DNA of 64,000 nucleotides from a virus: IMG/VR virus record IMGVR_UViG_3300013767_000112, positions 439 to 64,438 of that record; one strand, 5' to 3'. Shown piece by piece: positions 56,690 to 64,000 of this stretch (position 1 is its first letter; each line of letters starts with the position of its first letter). The notes under the pieces were generated by a model. It saw only the letters and a program-made list of their open reading frames with translations, ran no database searches and was not told where the DNA came from. The position numbers and the translations under genes were made by a program.

Positions 56690-56712
56690 CATACCAATCA
56701 AGGATCTCCCAA

Positions 56713-57873
56713 ATGTGGTTCAAGAATCTCCAGATTCATCGTTTCTCTGCACCGTGGACGCTCTCCGCCGAAAACGTCGAAGCCTGCCTGGCCAAGCACG
56801 CGTTCTACCCCGGTACCAGCCTCGAGATGCAGACGCAGGGCTGGGCGTCGCCGCGCGACAACGGCCAGCTCGTGCACTGCGTCAATCGCCAGATGCTGCT
56901 GGTGCTGCGCACGGAGAAGAAGCTGCTGCCGGCCTCCGTGGTCAGCCAAGTCACCAAGGCGCGCGCGGCCGAACTCGAAGAACAGCAGGGCTTCAAGCCC
57001 GGCCGTAAGCAGCTCAAGGAACTGAAGGAACAGATCACGGAAGAGCTGTTGCCGCGAGCCTTCAGTATCCGCCGCGACACTTACGTCTGGATCGACCCGG
57101 TCAACGGCTGGTTGGCCATCGATGCGGCAGGCGCGGCCAAGGCCGACGAAGTGCGCGGCATGCTGTTCAAGGCCATCGATCCGCTCCCGATGATCAGCTT
57201 ACGCGTCCACCTGTCGCCGGTGGCGGCAATGACCGAGTGGCTTGCCACGGATTCCGCCCCAGCCGGCTTCACGGTCGACCAGGACATTCAACTGCAGTCC
57301 ACGGGCGAGAACAAAGCCACCGTCCGGTACGTTCGCCACCCGCTCGACACGGAAGATATGCGCCGGCACATCGCGGGCGGCAAGCGCACGACTCACCTGG
57401 CCATGACGTGGAATGACCGCATTTCCTTCGTACTGGACGGCACCCTTGCCATCAAACGCGTTAAGCCCCTCGACGTATTGAAGGAAACGGCCGCCAGCGG
57501 CCAAAACCAGAGCGCAGACGAACAGTTCGATGGCGATTTTCTGCTGATGGCCGGCGAGGTTGCCGCGCTGCTGGCCGACCTTGTGGCCGCCCTAGGCGGG
57601 GAGCGCGACGTGGAGCAATCGGGCGACCTGGTGGAGCGCGCGGCGGCCGAGGCGGCCCGTGAAGCGGCGACCGATGGCGAAGATCCACTGTATGACCAGG
57701 CGGTCGATATCGTCGTGAAGAAACGCCGCGCATCGATATCGCTGGTGCAGCGCCACCTGCGCATTGGCTACAACCGAGCGGCAAGGCTTCTGGACCGTAT
57801 GCAAACCACCGGCGTGGTCTCGGCCATGGCCCAGGACGGTTCCTACTCCGTACTCGCGCGGCCGCCAGCATGA
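56713..57873 (+). CDS. rdgC: RdgC recombination-associated protein fused to a C-terminal FtsK gamma domain
   Basis: MWFKNL...GW..P, EKKLLP.SV, LLPRAF (RdgC); DPLYDQAV..V...[22 protein letters not shown] (FtsK gamma). Confidence 0.9.
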   Translation: MWFKNLQIHRFSAPWTLSAENVEACLAKHAFYPGTSLEMQTQGWASPRDNGQLVHCVNRQMLLVLRTEKKLLPASVVSQVTKARAAELEEQQGFKPGRKQLKELKEQITEELLPRAFSIRRDTYVWIDPVNGWLAIDAAGAAKADEVRGMLFKAIDPLPMISLRVHLSPVAAMTEWLATDSAPAGFTVDQDIQLQSTGENKATVRYVRHPLDTEDMRRHIAGGKRTTHLAMTWNDRISFVLDGTLAIKRVKPLDVLKETAASGQNQSADEQFDGDFLLMAGEVAALLADLVAALGGERDVEQSGDLVERAAAEAAREAATDGEDPLYDQAVDIVVKKRRASISLVQRHLRIGYNRAARLLDRMQTTGVVSAMAQDGSYSVLARPPA

Positions 57874-57995
57874 CCACCACCACCGCACTATTCGTGATCG
57901 CGCTCGCTGGCGTCCTGTACATCGCCGGCGGTTTGTACGCGATCTATCGCCTCCGCAAATGGATGGCGGACATCCAGCGCCAGAGGGAGATGTGA
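57870..57995 (+). CDS. Small membrane protein (41 aa)
   Basis: Manual translation [26 protein letters not shown]...; ATGA overlap. Confidence 0.6.
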   Translation: MTTTTALFVIALAGVLYIAGGLYAIYRLRKWMADIQRQREM

Positions 57996-57997
57996 TG

Positions 57998-58231
57998 CTA
58001 GACCATGCCTTTGGCAACCTCTGCCGCTTTCAGCCTGCCGGCGTCCTCGGCTTCCGCTTGGGTCGTGTAGCTCGTCTCACTGCAAAACTTCCGCTCGATG
58101 ACCTCATTGGCGGCGGTATGACGGCTCTCGACCACTTCCCAAGTGAACGTACTGGAGGCTTCATCACGGATGTACAAGTAGACCGAGAGGTGGTCTCCGT
58201 CGATGATCGCTACGGGGTCTTTGGTCATCAT
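57998..58231 (-). CDS. Antisense moron, hypothetical protein
   Basis: 77 aa, three-strand plus helix pattern. Confidence 0.6.
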   Translation of the reverse strand: MMTKDPVAIIDGDHLSVYLYIRDEASSTFTWEVVESRHTAANEVIERKFCSETSYTTQAEAEDAGRLKAAEVAKGMV

Positions 58232-58234
58232 TTG

Positions 58235-58486
58235 TCAACCATTTCCTTTTTCATACCAGTCGCCGCCAATGAGCCGCACGGGTCGGCCGTTTGCACGCCT
58301 TCGGATGGACAGGTACGCGAGTGCGAAGCTAAGAAAGCCGAGCGCGAAGCCTACGGCAAGACCAGCAACACAACTCGCCGTATCACAAGGCGGGGATTCT
58401 TCGCTTTGTGTCATTTCAACCTCCCTGCTGGAGGACCGGGTCGCGATGTCTATTGCCAGTATGAGCGACCGAGACAACTGATCCAA
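58235..58486 (-). CDS. Antisense moron, small TM protein
   Basis: One TM segment (VAGLAVGFALGFLSFALAYL). Confidence 0.4.
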   Translation of the reverse strand: MDQLSRSLILAIDIATRSSSREVEMTQSEESPPCDTASCVAGLAVGFALGFLSFALAYLSIRRRANGRPVRLIGGDWYEKGNG

Positions 58487-58503
58487 GACGCCACTCGTGT
58501 TGG

Positions 58504-58658
58504 TGGATCCAGAAGCGCGGCCCTACCAGGAGCACTTTGACATTGCCAAGGGCAAGCGCGCACTGGCGGTCCAGTTGGGCGCGATCGAGATCGACCGGGC
58601 TGGCCTGGCCGAGATCCTGCGCAAGCGCCGTTTAGACCGAATAATTCAGAACCAATAA
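58504..58658 (+). pseudogene. DUF4031-like 3' remnant, frameshifted and 5'-truncated
   Basis: WIQK in one frame, then YQEHFDIAKGKRALAVQLGAIEID in another. Confidence 0.5.
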
Positions 58659-58720
58659 TTGCAGTGAAAGAAGCAGCAAAACGAATGATCGAATTGACCC
58701 GGAAACTGTGGGAGGGGTCC

Positions 58721-58954
58721 ATGCAAAGCAAATACCTCAGCACCACCGAGCTGGCCGAGATGATCGGTTGCAGCACGAGCAGCTTCGCCTGCATGCGCCG
58801 GCACCTGCAGCGCCACAGCGTACCCTTCATCCCAAACCTGCGTGGATTTCCTCAAGTGGACCGCCGCTACTACGATGCACGTATGTCGGGCGCGGTACCG
58901 GCGGCCCAGATCGAGGACGCCACCCTGGAAGAACCTGACTTTTCTGCAATCTGA
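58721..58954 (+). CDS. Excisionase-like DUF4224 protein
   Basis: YLSTTELAEMIG...L....PF.....G.P.V.R; directly before the integrase. Confidence 0.75.
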   Translation: MQSKYLSTTELAEMIGCSTSSFACMRRHLQRHSVPFIPNLRGFPQVDRRYYDARMSGAVPAAQIEDATLEEPDFSAI

Positions 58955-58956
58955 AT

Positions 58957-60054
58957 ATGATCGGACGACGCAAGCGGCCGGACGGCCTGCCCTTCAGGCT
59001 TTACCCGCGATTCGGCAAGCACAAGACCAGCTTCGGCTACAAGCTAGACGATGGGAAGTGGGCTTTCCGGCTCTCAGCCCCATCCAACAACGAGGAAGCC
59101 GTCGCGGCCGTCCGGGATGAAGCTATCAGGCGCGCCAATGAGCTCAATGGAAACGTCGTACGAGCCGGCACCGTAGAGTCACTGTTCGAGCGCTATTTCG
59201 AATGGCAGGAATCCCTGCCAAACGATAGTGAGCTTCGGAAGGCGCAAGGCACGCTTGATGAGAACAAGCGCGAGTCGAAGAAGCTGATCGGAGTATTCGG
59301 GAAGATGGCGCCGGACACCATCAAGGCGGTCCATCTCTACAAGTACCTGGCTGCGCGTGCCAGTAAGGGCGCACCGGCGAAGGCAAACAAGGAGATCGCA
59401 CTCCTGTCCGCGGTGCTGGAATATGGCCGCAAGCAGGGTGAGCTTGAAGAGAACCCCTGCCGCGGCATCGAGTACAACCCGACCAAGCCGCGCCAGCGGG
59501 TCGTGACAGAAGCGGAGATCCAGCTCACCCGAGAGGTTGCTCGGGCTCGTGGAGGCAGCTATCACATCATGGCGCTGTGTGCTTATACGGCGTTCCTGAC
59601 GGTCAGCCGACCCGACGAGATGCGTTCCTTACTCCGCCAACGGATCTCGGATGCCGGTGTCCAGGTGCCGGTTGGAAAGCGCAAAGCCGGTCATGCGCAG
59701 CGCTGGAAGCTGATCCACTGGTCGCCGGAGCTAAAGGCTACGATCGACGAGGCGCTGGCGTTGCAGCGGACACCAGGGATTTATGTCTTCGGGAACACTT
59801 CTGGGCAGGTCTACACGCGCAGCGGCTGGAACACTATCTGGGGTCGCCTGATGGACTACTGTGAAGCCGAAGCAGCAAAGCGCGAAATCAAGTTCGAACG
59901 CTTCGCTTTAATGGATATGCGGCCGAGTGCTGTGACCGAACGGATGGAGGAAGGCGACGCGCGGATCGTGGACGCAACGGGCCATGCTGACGGGCGCATG
60001 GTGGCGAAAATCTACGACCGGCGGAGACAGAGGAAAGTGAAGGCGACTCGGTAA
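58957..60054 (+). CDS. int: Tyrosine recombinase (phage integrase)
   Basis: SRPDE (Arg I), K, DMRPSAV (HxxR variant), GH, YDRR. Confidence 0.92.
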   Translation: MIGRRKRPDGLPFRLYPRFGKHKTSFGYKLDDGKWAFRLSAPSNNEEAVAAVRDEAIRRANELNGNVVRAGTVESLFERYFEWQESLPNDSELRKAQGTLDENKRESKKLIGVFGKMAPDTIKAVHLYKYLAARASKGAPAKANKEIALLSAVLEYGRKQGELEENPCRGIEYNPTKPRQRVVTEAEIQLTREVARARGGSYHIMALCAYTAFLTVSRPDEMRSLLRQRISDAGVQVPVGKRKAGHAQRWKLIHWSPELKATIDEALALQRTPGIYVFGNTSGQVYTRSGWNTIWGRLMDYCEAEAAKREIKFERFALMDMRPSAVTERMEEGDARIVDATGHADGRMVAKIYDRRRQRKVKATR

Positions 60055-60064
60055 CGCCTCAGAA

Positions 60065-60092
60065 AACAAAAGCCCACCGAGTGGTGGGCCTT
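60065..60092 (-). terminator. Terminator hairpin between int and the cargo operon
   Basis: GCCCACC-gagt-GGTGGGC with an A tract on the left. Confidence 0.7.
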
Positions 60093-60094
60093 CG

Positions 60095-61033
60095 TTACTT
60101 TCTTTCGATCTTCAGTTGCAAATGCGTTACTGCCGCATTCGGATCCTTCGGTTCAATCTTTCGCTTGATAGACACGCCATGATCCCGCAGCGATTGCACA
60201 TAGAGCGTAAGATCAATTGCAAATGCAAAGGCAACGTTCACAGCGAACGGTGTACCTCTAAAGGAAAAACGAAAATCGAAAGGACTTGGCCCTAGCACTG
60301 TCAACACGTCTGTACCAGCCCGATCGTATGGGCTTACCACGATCGTCTCATACAAGATGAAACGACCTACCTTCGGACCGACCTTGACCTCATATCCGAA
60401 TTTTTCCACAAAGGCCCTCAAATACCCGACTGCGTCGACGTGCTCAGAGAAGTCAACATCCGAGTGAAAGCACCTCCACGCCCCATCAATCTTCAATACG
60501 GCATTGTCGCGAAGTGCGATGACGATCAGTGTGTAGGGATCCTGTGCAGCAACGTGCTTCACAAACACCGATGTTCTTTTCGCATCGTCGATCTGCCAAT
60601 CTCCCGATGAGAGATGATCAACAAAGCTAGGCTCTGCGACAGCGGACCGAACTTCGTCCCGAGTAACGCCTAAGGTCTCATTGAGGTCGACGAAATTCTG
60701 CTGGAATACAAGCTGATACTGCGATGGAACAAGGATTCCTTTGTTTCCAAGTCTTCCTCTAACCTTCGGTAATTCCCCGGCTTTCAGTACTGACGCCCGC
60801 ATCTGTTGATTTAGGAGCGCTAGTGCCCTTGTGCGGACGTCCGGATCTTCGAGAGAGCCAACCCGCAGTTCCTTCAGTAGGTCGCGTAGCAAGCCGTCGC
60901 GGGCACCCGAAGGAAGACTCTCGTCGACATAGGCGTCGCCGTCAGGATGTGGAAGCAGTTCGGCCATGAAACTTGCGAGGTACGCATTTCGCGTACCTGG
61001 ATCAAGTTTTCGCAATGAGGAGAGCGTGCTCAT
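60095..61033 (-). CDS. Hypothetical 312-aa cargo protein; central region RelE/BrnT-like by eye
   Basis: AGGAGA RBS, ATGA overlap with the upstream gene, lower GC. Confidence 0.75.
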   Translation of the reverse strand: MSTLSSLRKLDPGTRNAYLASFMAELLPHPDGDAYVDESLPSGARDGLLRDLLKELRVGSLEDPDVRTRALALLNQQMRASVLKAGELPKVRGRLGNKGILVPSQYQLVFQQNFVDLNETLGVTRDEVRSAVAEPSFVDHLSSGDWQIDDAKRTSVFVKHVAAQDPYTLIVIALRDNAVLKIDGAWRCFHSDVDFSEHVDAVGYLRAFVEKFGYEVKVGPKVGRFILYETIVVSPYDRAGTDVLTVLGPSPFDFRFSFRGTPFAVNVAFAFAIDLTLYVQSLRDHGVSIKRKIEPKDPNAAVTHLQLKIERK

Positions 61034-61548
61034 ATCTCAACGATGTCGAACTCGTTTCGAGCCAAATTGGCAATCGTGTACTCGACTCCCGTGGAAGCTC
61101 TTTCGCTCGGTGGAACAAGTTTCAGCCTCGGGGCTACAAGCGCTCTCGGAATCACATAGACCAACGGACGCCACAGGACTTGATCGGACAAGTTCGCCAT
61201 ATAGACGATCTCCTCCTCTTCCTCGCTCGTGATTTCTCCTGCTTGCCTCCACTTCGACGAGAGGCTTACCAGCGAGCTACGTGTGGAAATGATCTTAGCA
61301 CTGTGCTTATCAGCGCGCTTGCAATCTTCCGCCAAGAGGCGATAGATCGCGCACGGATCTGAACTCGGCGCCGTAAGAGAGGCTCCAGAGTAGGCTGGAT
61401 GCTTCGTCGAGTCGAACGTTTCGCTGCACCAGACGAAGTGGATGTCTTTACGAAACCGCTCCTGAATGAGCAGTTTAATGAACGGGTTCGTGGAATATAG
61501 AAGGTGTCCAGGCACGGCGATTCGTACTGCAGAATTGCGGGCGCCCAT
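61030..61548 (-). CDS. Hypothetical cargo protein with ADP-ribosyltransferase-like strand pattern (start 61548 or GTG 61515)
   Basis: LLYSTN / FVWCSE / LVYVIP / GVEYTI order; coupled to the 312-aa gene. Confidence 0.7.
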   Translation of the reverse strand: MGARNSAVRIAVPGHLLYSTNPFIKLLIQERFRKDIHFVWCSETFDSTKHPAYSGASLTAPSSDPCAIYRLLAEDCKRADKHSAKIISTRSSLVSLSSKWRQAGEITSEEEEEIVYMANLSDQVLWRPLVYVIPRALVAPRLKLVPPSERASTGVEYTIANLARNEFDIVEI

Positions 61549-61601
61549 CGGGACTCGGGCTTAGCGTCGCGGTCACCGATAGCGAGCCCGCTGCAACGTA
61601 A

Positions 61602-61629
61602 CAAAAAAGGCTGGATGAAATCCAGCCTT
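61602..61629 (-). terminator. Rho-independent terminator downstream of tRNA-His
   Basis: AAGGCTGGAT-gaa-ATCCAGCCTT with a T tract on the minus strand. Confidence 0.85.
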
Positions 61630-61727
61630 ATCACAGCGTCACTTAGACGATCTTCCAATTTTGGAATTTTATCTTCCAAAATCACCTGCAAGTTAGTGAT
61701 AGCAAACCTGCAAACCAAGGAATTCTT

Positions 61728-61804
61728 TGGGGTGGCTGATGGGACTCGAACCCACGACGACAGGAATCACAATCCTGGACTCTACCAACTGAGCTACAGC
61801 CACC
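61728..61804 (-). tRNA. tRNA-His (GUG), probable attB target
   Basis: GGTGGCTGTAGCTCAGTTGGTAGAGTCCAGGATTGTGATTCCTG...GGTTCGAGTCCCATCAGCCACCCCA; 77 nt including G-1, encoded CCA. Confidence 0.97.
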
Positions 61805-61920
61805 GTAGAGATTTTTTGCTGCCGGCGTTGCCGATCAGCGAAAAACAAGACTATACAAGACTTTCAAGCCGATGGCTAGTATCCGGCACAAAAAAATTCA
61901 AAAAACTTCGATGCTGGTCG

Positions 61921-62217
61921 TCAGCGAGGCCCCTGCCACTTCGCCTCCAACAGCACGGCCTCCCTGATGGCGGCGATCGTATCCGCTTCAGTGGGGAACA
62001 ATCCAAGCAATCGCTTCGATTTGCCGTTCAGCACATCGCGCTGCAGGGCCTTTCCCGCCTCTGCCGACGTCCCTTCGTGCCAGCAATAGCGCGCGGTCCA
62101 TTTACCGTCCTGCAGTTGCTCGACTACCCAGATCACCCGGTAGTCCTCGAAAACCTCACCAAATGGCTCGTCCGTTTCCATGCTGAACCTCCAGAGCTCG
62201 CTTCCGATCCGGAGCAA
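61921..62217 (-). CDS. Host hypothetical protein (start may be 62181)
   Basis: Protein-like ORF between dusA and the tRNA. Confidence 0.6.
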   Translation of the reverse strand: MLRIGSELWRFSMETDEPFGEVFEDYRVIWVVEQLQDGKWTARYCWHEGTSAEAGKALQRDVLNGKSKRLLGLFPTEADTIAAIREAVLLEAKWQGPR

Positions 62218-63119
62218 CGGCGCCCGCTCCGCAAGCGCTCAATTCCCGGTCGGCCAGCCCCGCTTCTTTTATTCCCCCACTTGAACCAGCCCAACGCGGC
62301 CGGCTCACTGCCCACATGCCGACTGCGCGGCAATGGGCGACATCCTAACATGGCGCCAACGCACCTCAGCTGCCGCAACTCAAGCAGTGGCGCACAGCCA
62401 GGCTGGAAAGCGCCCAATGCAGACTCCGCACCAAAAATCAGTAACTGAGCAGTTCAAAAATACGCTCATCTGCCCCCACCAACGCAGGGTTCAATGGAAT
62501 GATGCTGCCGGGGATACTCCTATTTGAGGGACATTGACCCCCCTCGACATTCCCGTCAGGCGACCTTCAAACGAACGTCGCCTGTTTTTTTATTCGACGT
62601 AGTTGTAGCGCCGGAATAATCCGCAGCAACATTGTCGAATTATTCCCCGCCAGTGAACCTGGAACTCTTTTTTCATCTGCCTGTCGAAGCCTTGTTCCTA
62701 AAACGACGGCAAGTTCCATCCAGGACGAGGCGAAAAAAAAAGAGCCCACCGAAGCGGACTCTCAATTTAGCGATCTCAATGCCCTGAAGGCGCTTTCAAT
62801 GTAGACGCAGGATGGAACATCCACTATCCGGGCAAACCCAAGGGTCCGGAAAGTGATGAAAAGACATCAAACAAGAAAAAACAGCCCGCACACGGCGGGC
62901 TGCAAAATCAGTTGAAGAAAGCCCTGTATTCGAGGGCAGGCACAGTGTAAGAACATGGGACGCCGCTGGCTAATTAGGGGAATCCCTTTGCTGGCGCGGG
63001 TTTCAGGCCAACCGACAGGCGCAAACGCCGCAACAGCATACATTTGAGTCTTACGGCACGGAACGACTGTTCTATTTTAGAGTCCTTCCTCGACATCCAG
63101 TCATCAAAGTGACACCGGG

Positions 63120-64000
63120 TCAGGCAGCCTCAAGCAGATCTGGACGAAGATGCGAACGCGCTTCCTCGAACAGCGCATCGACATCCGCACGGGTGCGTGC
63201 GGCATTCATGCGGCGCGCGTCTGATAGCACACGCCGCCAGCCACGCCCACCGTGCACACCTCGATGCAATCCGAGCATATGGCGCGTTGCCGCACCCATA
63301 TAACCGCCCTGCTCCACAAGCTTGCCAATATATTCCTGCATTGCCATCTCGGCATTTTCACGCGTGGGGATGGGCGTGTCTGCCCCATAGAAGCGCATGT
63401 CCATTTCGGCAAGAAAATATGGCTCGTGGTAAGCCTGGCGTCCGATCATTACCCCATCGACATGTTCCAGGTGCTCTGCAATTTCGCCGTACGAAACAAC
63501 GCCACCATTAATCAGGATTTCGAGTTTCGGGAACTCGTCCTTTAGCTGATAAGCAACTTCATATCGTAGCGGCGGAATTTCACGATTCTCTTTTGGGCTC
63601 AATCCTTTCAGAATCGCATTTCGGGCATGAACAATGAAAGTTTCACAGCCGGCATCGGCAATAGTGCCGACAAAATCACGTACAAAGCCGTAATGCTCGA
63701 TGGTGTCGATCCCGATGCGATGCTTGACCGTCACAGGCACGGACACCACGTCGCGCATCGCCTTCACGCAGTCGACCACAAGCTGTGGTTCGGCCATCAG
63801 GCAGGCGCCGAAGGCGCCGCGCTGCACGCGCTCTGACGGGCAGCCACAGTTCAGATTGATTTCCTTATAGCCCCATTGCTCGCCGAGCTTTGCCGCTTGC
63901 GCGAGATCGGCCGGCTCGCTGCCGCCAAGCTGCAATGCCACGGGCTGTTCCGCCGCACTAAAGTCGAGATGCCGCGCAACGTCCCCGTGCAGCAGCGCGC
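63120..64000 (-). CDS. dusA: tRNA dihydrouridine(20/20a) synthase DusA, 5' end off window
   Basis: ALQLGGSEP, EINLNCGCPSERVQ.GAFGA, VTVKHRIG, IVHARNA, NREIPPL, GVMIGR.AY. Confidence 0.95.
   Translation of the reverse strand, partial: ALLHGDVARHLDFSAAEQPVALQLGGSEPADLAQAAKLGEQWGYKEINLNCGCPSERVQRGAFGACLMAEPQLVVDCVKAMRDVVSVPVTVKHRIGIDTIEHYGFVRDFVGTIADAGCETFIVHARNAILKGLSPKENREIPPLRYEVAYQLKDEFPKLEILINGGVVSYGEIAEHLEHVDGVMIGRQAYHEPYFLAEMDMRFYGADTPIPTRENAEMAMQEYIGKLVEQGGYMGAATRHMLGLHRGVHGGRGWRRVLSDARRMNAARTRADVDALFEEARSHLRPDLLEAA

Larger units (their letters stand above)
1..61727. mobile_element. Temperate podovirus-like prophage integrated at the 3' end of tRNA-His; left boundary lies outside the window
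   Basis: Integrase, immunity, replication, packaging, head, tail and lysis modules in phage order next to a tRNA 3' end. No duplicated tRNA 3' end noticed in the left part of the window. Confidence 0.95.

Noticed and set aside
61266-62448. ORFs 61266-61718 and 61504-62448 spanning the tRNA
   Set aside because: They overlap the tRNA, terminator and real cargo gene; translation is not protein-like.
62450-63110. AT-richer intergenic region with hairpins (about 62735 and 62880) as an sRNA gene
   Set aside because: Only terminator-like stems are visible; no recognisable RNA family, and it cannot be supported without an Rfam search.
63120-64000. Integration in dusA by a DusA-associated integrase
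   Set aside because: The visible part of dusA is intact; the phage genes abut the tRNA-His 3' end instead.

Overview
Almost the whole window (about 1-61727) is a temperate, podovirus-like prophage in a GC-rich, probably betaproteobacterial (Ralstonia/Cupriavidus-like, inferred) chromosome. It sits at the 3' end of a tRNA-His(GUG) gene (61728-61804, minus strand). The left att site is not visible, so the element runs off the left edge. Host sequence on the right holds a small ORF and partial dusA. Modules from right to left: tyrosine integrase and DUF4224 excisionase; ERF/YqaJ/RdgC recombination genes; a cI/cro switch with ATTACA-N4-TGTAAT operators; an HTH replication initiator with iterons; nin-like genes; terminase, portal, scaffold and N4-gp56-type capsid; tail genes; ejection proteins including a 3622-aa polyvalent protein; and holin, SAR endolysin and spanins. 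Three observations stand out. (1) A palindromic element, CACCCCTRTAGGGCT on the minus strand, occurs six times. At four late-operon starts it lies exactly 22 nt upstream of a -10-like hexamer, which suggests an activator-dependent late promoter. (2) Two copies of this element are extended into a 33-bp direct repeat carrying a plus-strand TATAAT. Each copy heads one antisense defence-like cassette (SRA-HNH nuclease, HEPN protein), suggesting a stackable cassette hotspot that the late activator might also silence. (3) An unannotated two-gene operon lies between the integrase and att, with ART-like and RelE/BrnT-like sequence patterns. Other oddities: CsrA-like and RyR-domain proteins in the head module, an RdgC-FtsK-gamma fusion, an Omp85-family moron, and antisense morons nested in coupled open frames. 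All family calls come from motif recognition by eye; no searches were run.
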